From IMG/VR virus record IMGVR_UViG_3300023184_000403, positions 1 to 29,360 of that record: a stretch of 29,360 bases of DNA. One strand, written 5' to 3'. The DNA is from a virus (lineage: Duplodnaviria; Caudoviricetes). Shown piece after piece: positions 18,161 through 26,605 of the stretch. The position numbers and the translations under genes are program-made. The notes under the pieces were generated by a model. The model was given only the letters and a program-made list of their open reading frames with translations, made no database searches and was not told the DNA's origin. Positions within the stretch are counted from its first letter, which is position 1. Each line of letters starts with the position of its first letter.

Positions 18161-18382
18161 ATGATTATTTTTAAAGAATGGTTAAAATTAAGAGAATATG
18201 CTTTTCATAATTATTTCGGACCAGTTACAGGAACTGGAGTAAACGATGAACTTTTTTCAAAAGCAGGAGTGCGTTCTAAATATATTGGACCAGCAGATAC
18301 AGCCAGTTCTAATGGAATAGAAAATACTCCTGAGTGTTTGTATTTAAAAAAACATTGTCCCAATAAAAATAAAAGGAAATAA
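18161..18382 (+). CDS. small hypothetical protein, candidate head-internal protein
   Basis: N-terminus MIIFKEWLKLRE. Confidence 0.7.
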   Translation: MIIFKEWLKLREYAFHNYFGPVTGTGVNDELFSKAGVRSKYIGPADTASSNGIENTPECLYLKKHCPNKNKRK

Positions 18383-18660
18383 TGGCATCACTAGGATTTT
18401 TAATTGAAAGACTGTCTAAGTCTACAGATTCAAACAAAGAAGAAAAAATAAAAGAAATAATATCTTTTGGTAAAAATATTCGTGATGATTTTTGGGATGA
18501 TTTTATTTTATTATTAAATGATCCTGATGGATTGTCTGCATTATTAGGAGTATCAGAAGATGAAATTGTAACATGGCATAGTAAAATTAAAAAATATTTA
18601 AATGATAAAGATGATGAATTAGAGATATATAAAAAAAGAAGAAAAATTTTAAAAAACTGA
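18382..18660 (+). CDS. hypothetical protein with possible HTH
   Basis: TAATG coupling; GLSALLGVSEDEIVTW. Confidence 0.7.
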   Translation: MASLGFLIERLSKSTDSNKEEKIKEIISFGKNIRDDFWDDFILLLNDPDGLSALLGVSEDEIVTWHSKIKKYLNDKDDELEIYKKRRKILKN

Positions 18661-18669
18661 AAGGGAAAA

Positions 18670-19131
18670 ATGAAAAAGTTTAATTCTTGGCTAAGTGAAA
18701 GTAAAATTGAGGAGAAAAATATTATAAAAGAGCTTGATATTACTAGTTCTCTTCAAAATATAAACAGACTTCCTTCATTAGAAAAAACTCCTTTTAGGAA
18801 ATTAGGAAACGCTGTAGACAATTATGAAAAAGATAACGCTATTGACAATAATAAAAAAGGTGTGTTTGGAGCAGCCATTGAAGATTTAAAGAACAAACAT
18901 ATTAGCAACAATGAAAGTCCAACAAAGGATAAAAAAGAACACAGAAGTATGCTTCTTAATTGTCTAACCTTAATTCATTATCCTACTGTAAAAGATTTTA
19001 TGGATGATTGGAATTTTGTAAAAAATCATATATCCCCAGAACAATTTAAATCTTCTGAAAAATTTACAATTGATAATCCTGAAAAATTAGATAATTCTGA
19101 TGAATATGATTTAAATGTTGATAGAAAATAA
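18670..19131 (+). CDS. hypothetical protein, candidate head-internal protein
   Basis: N-terminus MKKFNSWLSE; AAGGG SD. Confidence 0.7.
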   Translation: MKKFNSWLSESKIEEKNIIKELDITSSLQNINRLPSLEKTPFRKLGNAVDNYEKDNAIDNNKKGVFGAAIEDLKNKHISNNESPTKDKKEHRSMLLNCLTLIHYPTVKDFMDDWNFVKNHISPEQFKSSEKFTIDNPEKLDNSDEYDLNVDRK

Positions 19132-19153
19132 AAGGATGATACTTTTTTAAATA

Positions 19154-20305
19154 ATGAATAATAATAATAAAGAAAATAATATTAGTAAAAGATCTTGCCT
19201 TTCAAAAGAAGAAATGCAAGAAAAAATTAAAATTGCTATGCAAAATTATAAAAGTATAGGTTTTAATACTTATGACAATATAAAAAATCAATTTAACATT
19301 AAAGAGAATTCATTAGTTGAAAAAGCTCACACTGCTAGTAATGATTTTCTACAGAAAAATAATTTTCAAGTAAGGAATTCTATAGTTCGAAGTAACTTAG
19401 ACAAAGACACCGTAAATTTTGAAAAACTTTTGATTAATATTAATGAATTTATAAATGGCGATAAAAATGTTTATTTAACATTTGGTGGTGTAGGTGACTT
19501 ATTGTTGCTTATTGCTGTTTGTCATGATAATGAAAAAGCACATGTAATTTTCATGGCAAATGAAGAATCAAATAAATTTGCTAGAAAATTTTTAGATTTT
19601 TTTAATTTAAAATATATTATTTGTAAAAATTTAATGGGAACAAAAAACTGCAGTACACTTTACAAGAAAATTACTAATCATCCTAATTTTACATTATCTG
19701 CACATCTAGCAGACAGGTGTGATTATGGTGACTGGATTAAAAACAGTGCTAAATACAAAAATAGATTAGTACTTGGAACAAATTGGTCTGATTTAATAGG
19801 AATCAAAAATAGAGAAAAAAAATATATTGTAATATGTCCATCGGGATCTCATAAGTCTGAATCAAGACAAAGATATTTAAACATTCAAGAATATCAAACC
19901 ATTGTAAAAATATATTTAGAAAAAGGATATGAAGTAATTACTGCAAGTTGTAAAAATGATTTTAAAAAATTTGGACTTTATCCTGATGAAAATTGTTATT
20001 GGCTTACTGATTCCGAACTTATAAATCATAGAGGTTTAAGTCAGGAAATTGATTTTAATACTTTTTTACAAATAATTATTTCTTGCGATGAAGTAGTTTC
20101 AACAGATACATGGATTAAAACATTTATGTTGTTATGTGGCAAATCAGCACATGTTATAAAAACTAGATATAATTCTAAGTATCAAGATGTAGGCAAAGAA
20201 TGTTGCGATCATATATTTTTAAATAAAGATTTTTGGCCAAAATTAAAAATATATACTTATGAAGATTTTATTGAATACATTAAGATACTGCCAATAGAAT
20301 TATAA
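19154..20305 (+). CDS. GT-B glycosyltransferase, GT9 (heptosyltransferase)-like
   Basis: GGVGDLLL, YIVICPSGS, IIISCDEVVSTDT. Confidence 0.7.
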   Translation: MNNNNKENNISKRSCLSKEEMQEKIKIAMQNYKSIGFNTYDNIKNQFNIKENSLVEKAHTASNDFLQKNNFQVRNSIVRSNLDKDTVNFEKLLININEFINGDKNVYLTFGGVGDLLLLIAVCHDNEKAHVIFMANEESNKFARKFLDFFNLKYIICKNLMGTKNCSTLYKKITNHPNFTLSAHLADRCDYGDWIKNSAKYKNRLVLGTNWSDLIGIKNREKKYIVICPSGSHKSESRQRYLNIQEYQTIVKIYLEKGYEVITASCKNDFKKFGLYPDENCYWLTDSELINHRGLSQEIDFNTFLQIIISCDEVVSTDTWIKTFMLLCGKSAHVIKTRYNSKYQDVGKECCDHIFLNKDFWPKLKIYTYEDFIEYIKILPIEL

Positions 20306-20674
20306 ATTATCATTTTTAGCAACTAAATTTTTAGTAATAACACATGTATTTTTTGCTTCTACTAAATGTAATAGTTCATCATATAAGTAAGATTTTGCTA
20401 ACTCTACTGCTTCATTTTTAGTAACAAGCTCATCTGGATTATATAAAAAATTAGTATTGTCTTTATAAAGAACAAGCATTTTATTTGCTGAGTAAGGACC
20501 GCCTGTGAAAATTAATTTTCTAATGCTTACAGATTCTAATTTTCCTTTTTTTGCTTTATAACTTAGCCAAGCAATGTCACCGACATTGAATTTGTGGAAT
20601 ATACTAATTCTTTTAAAGTAACCAGTACACATTCCAAATCTTATTTTACCACTGCCAGTATAATTGTAGTTCAT
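20300..20674 (-). CDS. hypothetical protein with KFNVGD (SH3/KOW-like) motif
   Basis: 124 aa; N-terminal YTGSGKIRFG motif shared with the neighbouring gene. Confidence 0.7.
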   Translation of the reverse strand: MNYNYTGSGKIRFGMCTGYFKRISIFHKFNVGDIAWLSYKAKKGKLESVSIRKLIFTGGPYSANKMLVLYKDNTNFLYNPDELVTKNEAVELAKSYLYDELLHLVEAKNTCVITKNLVAKNDNL

Positions 20675-20681
20675 ATATTAT

Positions 20682-21482
20682 TTATTTTAAAGATTTTTTT
20701 TCTAAATCATTTTCATTAAATATTTTTATTATTTTTCCATTTGTTGCTTGGTATTTAATTTTATTTTTAAAATTAAACACATCGACTACAGTCCAATTAT
20801 GTAATTTATTATCAAAACATAATTCTCCTTTTGAAAATTTATTTTTTGCTAAAGTTACTGATTCTAGTTGATTTATTTTATCAATTACGCTTTCAATTTT
20901 TGAATTAAGATTATTTTGGTAAAAATCATCAATTTCAGATGAATCACGCAATTCATTTTCATTAAATGTTCTATTTTCTGATTTATTGCTTGCGTTAATA
21001 ACAATTGAATTATTCTGTTCTAATACTGATTTTACTCTCCATTGAATTCCGTTAATATCATATACAATATCATCTGGTCTAAATTTAAGTGGTAAACTAA
21101 ATGATTGAGGTTCTGGTGTGGGAATATATGAGTTTAGTTGTTTAATTTTATTTATAATTGATTCTATTTCACCGTCTAATTTATTTTGTCTTATTGCATT
21201 AATTTCAGAAGCGTTAAATAAATTAAAATTATCAAATCTGGTAATTCCAATTCCGTTAGATGCATCATAAAAAGAAATATCATTTTCATAATAAACATTT
21301 ACAATACGCCATTGTATTCCTTTTAAGTCATAACCAACATCGAATGGAACAAATTTTAAAATTGACCTGAATTCAAATATAGTAATTGATGAGTAAGCAA
21401 CACCATTAAAACTTACTTTACCTTGCCCATCATAAGCAAAGCACTTTAAATTCATATTCATTAAATATTGAATAATATGCAT
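20682..21482 (-). CDS. hypothetical protein with three internal repeats
   Basis: YDLKGIQWRI / YDINGIQWRV / FDNKLHNWTV, each followed by ASN or ATN and FxxxxL. Confidence 0.75.
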   Translation of the reverse strand: MHIIQYLMNMNLKCFAYDGQGKVSFNGVAYSSITIFEFRSILKFVPFDVGYDLKGIQWRIVNVYYENDISFYDASNGIGITRFDNFNLFNASEINAIRQNKLDGEIESIINKIKQLNSYIPTPEPQSFSLPLKFRPDDIVYDINGIQWRVKSVLEQNNSIVINASNKSENRTFNENELRDSSEIDDFYQNNLNSKIESVIDKINQLESVTLAKNKFSKGELCFDNKLHNWTVVDVFNFKNKIKYQATNGKIIKIFNENDLEKKSLK

Positions 21483-21516
21483 ACTTTATTTATTTAAATC
21501 AGAAAATAAAAACTAA

Positions 21517-22053
21517 TTATTCTTTTTGTCCCATGATTTTGGCGTAGACATCTTGAGGATTAGGATTGTTATTTACAATCCTAACTCTAATTCCATATGG
21601 ATTAGCATCAGAAGTTATAATTTCAGCTTGAGTAAATTCCATTAATAAATATGGAACAGCACTTGAATAAAAACCAGTGGCAATAGTTGTTCCCGTGGTA
21701 ATAGCTCCGTCATATAATAATCCATGATCTACAATTACTTTACATGGACCTCCAGAAGAACTTGCCATAATACCTTTTAAATAAAATGTTGTAGAAGGAG
21801 CTAGAGTGTAATAAATATCGCCACTTGAGTATGGAGCAACAGAATTTACTTCTCCATATTGACTTACGACTTTAGTATTATCTGTAGTTAAATTGCTTGA
21901 AAATATAGTTCCTGATACTGGTTGAATAACGCTACTATTATCAACTTTTAAAGCGTTATTAATAACAACAGCTACTAAATCGGCTTGCCCAGCACCTCCA
22001 ATGTAGCCATCCCCGAATATTGTAACGCCTAAACCAGTATTTACATCAGGCAT
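21517..22053 (-). CDS. putative virion structural (beta-sandwich) protein
   Basis: G/S/T/V-rich; LKVDNSSVIQPVSGT; similar to the upstream paralog. Confidence 0.65.
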   Translation of the reverse strand: MPDVNTGLGVTIFGDGYIGGAGQADLVAVVINNALKVDNSSVIQPVSGTIFSSNLTTDNTKVVSQYGEVNSVAPYSSGDIYYTLAPSTTFYLKGIMASSSGGPCKVIVDHGLLYDGAITTGTTIATGFYSSAVPYLLMEFTQAEIITSDANPYGIRVRIVNNNPNPQDVYAKIMGQKE

Positions 22054-22170
22054 ATTATTCCTACTTTTAAATATAATATTTAATATTATGTATTATGTTA
22101 CATTTGAAAAATATGTTTAAATATATAAATGATTTATTAAAAATTAAATATTTTATGTTTAATATAGTAG

Positions 22171-22776
22171 TTAAATATTTGTAGTTTCAAATCCTAAAAG
22201 TGTTGCTTCGTAATTTGCAGCTGGAGGGCTTCCATTATATGAAGAAATTAAATTTCCAACAATTTGAATTCTATATCCTTCTGTAATTGAGCCAATTGAA
22301 GTAGTAAGATTAAATATTCCATTTAAATTTCCTGCATTAGTTCTGTATGTGAAATATGTTTGACTATTTAATAAATCATCTTGAATAATTAATTTATATT
22401 TAGCTGGCAGATCACCACTTACATTAAAACCAGATATGTTAAAGCTTTTCCCAGAAGCAACAAGATAATTTAAAATTATTGTATTGCTTAAAACTATATT
22501 TGTTTTTTCTTCGTATATTGGAAATATATTTGTTACATGTGGAATATTTCTTGTTACTATTCCATGTTCACAGCCTTCTGTACTAGTATTCTGAATGCTA
22601 CAAATTTCTTCTAGGTTTTCGCCACCTATTACAATTCTTGCTCTATGTCTAAGTTGAGTAGTGGGGCCAGGTCCAATCGGAAACAAAATTTTTGTTTCAT
22701 CCATTATACTTCCGCCCTGTCCTGGACAAAGCTCAGTAAATGTAGACCTGTTTGTTATTGGTTCGTTGTTACACAT
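22171..22776 (-). CDS. putative virion structural (beta-sandwich) protein
   Basis: C-terminal domain parallels 21517..22053 (YLVASGKSFNISG vs YTLAPSTTFYLKG; YEATLLGFE vs VYAKIMGQK). Confidence 0.65.
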   Translation of the reverse strand: MCNNEPITNRSTFTELCPGQGGSIMDETKILFPIGPGPTTQLRHRARIVIGGENLEEICSIQNTSTEGCEHGIVTRNIPHVTNIFPIYEEKTNIVLSNTIILNYLVASGKSFNISGFNVSGDLPAKYKLIIQDDLLNSQTYFTYRTNAGNLNGIFNLTTSIGSITEGYRIQIVGNLISSYNGSPPAANYEATLLGFETTNI

Positions 22777-22820
22777 TTTTTATTAATTCATTTATTATTA
22801 GTTCATTGTTGCACATTTTT
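22751..22820 (-). repeat. imperfect 30-nt direct repeat (40-nt period) duplicating a gene start
   Basis: AAAAATGTGCAACAATGAACTAATAATAAA vs AAAAATGTGTAACAACGAACCAATAACAAA, 26/30 identical. Confidence 0.8.
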
Positions 22821-22871
22821 AATTGTCACATAATATATATTTTAATCTTATATTTTTTGGAAATTAAATTT

Positions 22872-23957
22872 ATGAACAATAGAAATTTAAAGAACATACC
22901 TTGTAATTTACTTCCTTATATAAAAGAAAATGTCATATCTTTTCAGAGCGAAGAACAAAAATTAGGTTGGCAAATAACTAATTTTCATATACCAGACATA
23001 TGGAAGTTTTCTAAAGGTGAAAATGTCAGAGTTGCAGTTTTGGATACTGGAATTGATTTAGAGCATACTGATTTAAAAGAAAATATAGAAAATGGTGCTA
23101 ATTTTGTAGAAAAAGATTTGCCTCCTCAAGATTTCAACTCTCACGGAACTCATGTTTCAGGAATTATTGCAGCAAAAAACAACGATTTTGGAATAGTTGG
23201 AATAGCACCTAAAGCTAAAATAATACCAATTAAGGTGTTAAATAATTATGGTGCTGGAGATATGGAAGCTGTATTAAATGGCATTAATTACGCTGTAAGT
23301 GTAAAAGCAGATATTATTTGTATGTCTTTGGGAACAAGAGATCCAATTGAAGAAATTAGAGTTGCAATAGAAAATGCAGCAAAAAACAATACTATTTGTT
23401 TTGTTGCTGCTGGAAATGCAGGTAATACAGAGCAGCTTTTGTATCCAGCTGCTTATACAGAGGCTATATCAATTGGTGCTGTAGATGAAAATTGTTTAAG
23501 AGCAAGTTTTAGTTGCACAGGACCAAACTTAGATTTTGTAGCACCTGGCGTTAAAATTTACAGTAGTGTTCCCAAAAATACTTATGCTTACATGAGTGGA
23601 TCTAGTATGGCATGTCCTTTTGCTGTTGGTGTCGCAGCATTAATTTTATCTTCTAAAAGAAATATTGATCCAAATGCTACAATGAATGCAAATGACTATA
23701 GAGAAATCTTTAAGGAAAATTCTAAAACTGTTAAAAACTTAGAAGAATTATTAGCAAAACAAGGAACTTCTAGGTTTTGGCAAGGCATGGGAATAATTAA
23801 TCCAGAAAGTTTTTCAGAATGGGTAGAGCTTAAGAACATTGAAACAATCAGAGAAAAAATTACAAATTTAATAGATTTGATTAATATGATTAAAAATAAA
23901 TCAAATTTAAGCAGAATAATTAAAGAAAAAGATTTACTTGTTTCAAAATTAAATTAA
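22872..23957 (+). CDS. subtilisin-family (S8) serine protease
   Basis: catalytic triad VAVLDTGID, HGTHVSG, SGSSMACP; oxyanion AAGN; start moved to ATG 22872. Confidence 0.96.
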   Translation: MNNRNLKNIPCNLLPYIKENVISFQSEEQKLGWQITNFHIPDIWKFSKGENVRVAVLDTGIDLEHTDLKENIENGANFVEKDLPPQDFNSHGTHVSGIIAAKNNDFGIVGIAPKAKIIPIKVLNNYGAGDMEAVLNGINYAVSVKADIICMSLGTRDPIEEIRVAIENAAKNNTICFVAAGNAGNTEQLLYPAAYTEAISIGAVDENCLRASFSCTGPNLDFVAPGVKIYSSVPKNTYAYMSGSSMACPFAVGVAALILSSKRNIDPNATMNANDYREIFKENSKTVKNLEELLAKQGTSRFWQGMGIINPESFSEWVELKNIETIREKITNLIDLINMIKNKSNLSRIIKEKDLLVSKLN

Positions 23958-24397
23958 TTATTTTTTATATTTTCTATTATTTCTTTAATGTGACAAGATT
24001 CTTCTTTGTTTTTAAATAATTCTTCCAAATCATTTATTACATGAGAAGCAAGTATAGATTCTTTTTTACTTAATGCTATTTTTCCAATATGTTTTTTTGA
24101 ACCGTGATAAGATTCTAATATTTCTTCAAACTCTTTCTTGAAATAAACATAGCACAAAGGACATCCTGCTCTTTTTTTACAAATATCAATAATGTTTGAT
24201 TGACAGGTAGGACATTTTTTATTTATTTTACTACTGATTAAATTGTCTTCCACAATGTTACTTTGTTTTATTTTGTATAAGCAATCACCACAGCAATTTT
24301 GTATTTTTGTACTTCCATTTTCTAATGTCAAATAAATAACTATATTTTTAACATTAATACATTTTTCTTTATCAAAAAAACATTTTTCGTTAATCAT
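23954..24397 (-). CDS. McsA-like Zn-binding protein without an evident UVR domain
   Basis: four Cys pairs; CPTC...RAGCPLCYVYF...ILESYHGSKKHIGK matches McsA GCxxCYxxF...HG...HxGK. Confidence 0.75.
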   Translation of the reverse strand: MINEKCFFDKEKCINVKNIVIYLTLENGSTKIQNCCGDCLYKIKQSNIVEDNLISSKINKKCPTCQSNIIDICKKRAGCPLCYVYFKKEFEEILESYHGSKKHIGKIALSKKESILASHVINDLEELFKNKEESCHIKEIIENIKNN

Positions 24398-24828
24398 TTT
24401 TTAATTTCCAAAAAAATTTCTTTATCTAGTTCGGTAAACCATTCTGGTTTAATCTTATAAAGATCAGTTTTTAATTTCCTGTCAATATCATCAAGGTCTT
24501 TTAGTGTATCTTCATATCTAATAGATTTTTTTTCTTCTTCGGTGGCTTTATTGCATATGGAATTTCTACATGCTTTAATAATGATTTGCTTTATAAGATT
24601 TTTTTTAATATCATCAAATTCATCATACTTTATTTTTTGTTTGTCTTTGGAAATTTCGGATGAGTTCCAAAACTTTTCATCTTTGAAATTATTTTTTATT
24701 TTTAAATAAGCATTATAAATATCATCTTTTTTTGAATCAGATTCATTTACTTGAAATTTTGCGAATAAATGTGGCATTAAAAGTATTATTATTAATGTCG
24801 TAAAGAAAATCTTCCTAGGTTCTATCAT
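24394..24828 (-). CDS. hypothetical protein with signal peptide or membrane anchor
   Basis: RKIFFTTLIIILLMPHLFA; overlaps the next gene by 4 nt. Confidence 0.7.
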   Translation of the reverse strand: MIEPRKIFFTTLIIILLMPHLFAKFQVNESDSKKDDIYNAYLKIKNNFKDEKFWNSSEISKDKQKIKYDEFDDIKKNLIKQIIIKACRNSICNKATEEEKKSIRYEDTLKDLDDIDRKLKTDLYKIKPEWFTELDKEIFLEIKK

Positions 24829-24831
24829 AAA

Positions 24832-25656
24832 CTATCCTTTGGATTCAATTAAAGCTTTTATAATAATGCTACATCCATCATTTTCAATCGGTACAATACC
24901 AGAAAAAACTTGCCTTCGCAACCAAATAGGAAGAAAATCATCTGCTTCTAAAAATAAAAATTTAAAATTCATACCATCTTTTGAAAAATTAATTTCATTC
25001 GGGGACTGAAAAGTGTTGTTTAGTTTACCTTGAATGCAATTAATAGGACTTCCATTTTGCTTTTTTATAATTGTTACTGTTGGTTCTGGGGTAAGTGTGT
25101 AGCTTTCAAGTTGTATTAACGGCTGTTGTTTGTAGCCTGAAATTTCTTTAAAATAAATAGTCAAAACGCTATTGCCGTTAGCGTAATTTCCATCAACTGT
25201 AACATCTTTTAAATTAACTATTTTATTAATTGATTTTTGAAAATTATTTTTGAAAATATTAATATTTGTATTATATCCAACAGTAAATCTTCTATTTTTA
25301 AATGAAAAAGTCAATCTTTGATTATTAATAAAGTCACCACCAGTAATTGTTATTGTTTGAATATCATTTTTAAAATTAAATCCAAGATTAAATATTGCAC
25401 CTTTGAAAAAATCTCCTAGTGAAACTGATAAATTATAAATTCTTTTACTTGATATATTTTCTAAATAAATACATCTATAGTCAATTAATCCTTGTTTATA
25501 ATCGTTTTCATCAATGCTATTGAAAATATTTTGCTTGTAGTTTTCAATGTAAGAGTTGCTTATGTCACCACCAATAGATTTATTTGAATCTTCGTTATCA
25601 AAACCACCTGAATATTTATATTTTAAAATATTACTCAAATCATTATATTTACTCAT
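24832..25656 (-). CDS. putative phage tail/virion protein
   Basis: YSGG..N...SIGG.IS, G.IDYRCIYLEN, PIWLRRQV pattern recalled from phage structural proteins; TATAAATA upstream. Confidence 0.65.
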   Translation of the reverse strand: MSKYNDLSNILKYKYSGGFDNEDSNKSIGGDISNSYIENYKQNIFNSIDENDYKQGLIDYRCIYLENISSKRIYNLSVSLGDFFKGAIFNLGFNFKNDIQTITITGGDFINNQRLTFSFKNRRFTVGYNTNINIFKNNFQKSINKIVNLKDVTVDGNYANGNSVLTIYFKEISGYKQQPLIQLESYTLTPEPTVTIIKKQNGSPINCIQGKLNNTFQSPNEINFSKDGMNFKFLFLEADDFLPIWLRRQVFSGIVPIENDGCSIIIKALIESKG

Positions 25657-25660
25657 ATTT

Positions 25661-25668
25661 TATTTATA
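25661..25668 (-). promoter_or_regulatory. T4-type late promoter TATAAATA
   Basis: exact T4 late consensus 4 nt before ATG 25656; no SD. Confidence 0.6.
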
Positions 25669-25744
25669 AAAAGGTTGATTTTTTTTGTTTTAGATTATTA
25701 TATATGTTATAATAATATATTAAATTTCAAAACAGGAGACTATT

Positions 25745-26605
25745 TTGATCATTGGCACAAATTCAAGCTTTTTTGTGACTCAAAATAACTCTTTTATAAA
25801 TTCTTATAATGTTATTGAACAATTAAATAAAAAAAATAATACACTTCATTTACCAAATTATACTTATAACTTTTTTTATTTTGCATTACGGTTTAAATCA
25901 ACCTCAGAATATGACTTTATTAAAAAAATAAGCGAAAATATTAATGTTTTAAGCGACAGTTTAAATTTAATTAATGCAGAGATATCCTATGCAAAGTTTT
26001 TAGAATTAGAAGAAAATGTAGATTTTTACAACAAACAAAGTGAATTACAAGAATGCAATGATAATATTAATAAAATTAAAAATATTTATGAAATGAATAT
26101 TTTTAATAAAAATGTTTACAAAAGCATTATTATGCCCTCTTTAAGTTCTTTGACAATTAACAGTGATTTATTTTTAGATAATATAAATTGCGATGTATTT
26201 GTAAAATTATTAGATTTATTCTTAGCTGTTCCAATGTATTTTATTGATGATGATCACGATCAAGTTATAAGAAAAAAATTCTTTAAAGCTGGAGATTATT
26301 CAAAATATGGTAATGAAATATCATATTATTTCTTAAGCAATTTTTGGCTTAAATCAGAAAACAGTAATATTGCAAAACTAATATATGATATTATTTCATT
26401 TTGCTATTCATGTTTAGAAAATGGAGATTATCATAAGTTTTATGATACATCTAAAGATTATGTTAATGTTTTTGGATATGATTATTTTGAACTAGCAGTT
26501 GCATTGAACAAAAGTGATTTTGTTAAAATTAAAAAATATTTAGCTTTTATTTATAACTTTTTACCTGTAAATATAATTACAGAAATTGAAAACAACAGAT
26601 ATTAA
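25745..26605 (+). CDS. degenerate phiEco32-like COOH-NH2 ligase (type 2)-like protein
   Basis: TTG start with AGGAG SD; IIGTNSSFF; VKLLDLFLAVP...D...RKKFFKAGDY....ISYYFLSNFWL. Confidence 0.6.
   Translation: MIIGTNSSFFVTQNNSFINSYNVIEQLNKKNNTLHLPNYTYNFFYFALRFKSTSEYDFIKKISENINVLSDSLNLINAEISYAKFLELEENVDFYNKQSELQECNDNINKIKNIYEMNIFNKNVYKSIIMPSLSSLTINSDLFLDNINCDVFVKLLDLFLAVPMYFIDDDHDQVIRKKFFKAGDYSKYGNEISYYFLSNFWLKSENSNIAKLIYDIISFCYSCLENGDYHKFYDTSKDYVNVFGYDYFELAVALNKSDFVKIKKYLAFIYNFLPVNIITEIENNRY

Noticed and set aside
22054-22170. Extremely AT-rich intergenic stretch as an origin or ncRNA
   Set aside because: No iterons, stable structure or recognisable motif beyond background AT richness
22645-22871. 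ORF 22645..22833 and a hydrophobic 'signal peptide' extension of the protease from 22752
   Set aside because: Both overlap the divergent gene and the repeat; the hydrophobicity is explained by T-rich DNA. Not fully excluded
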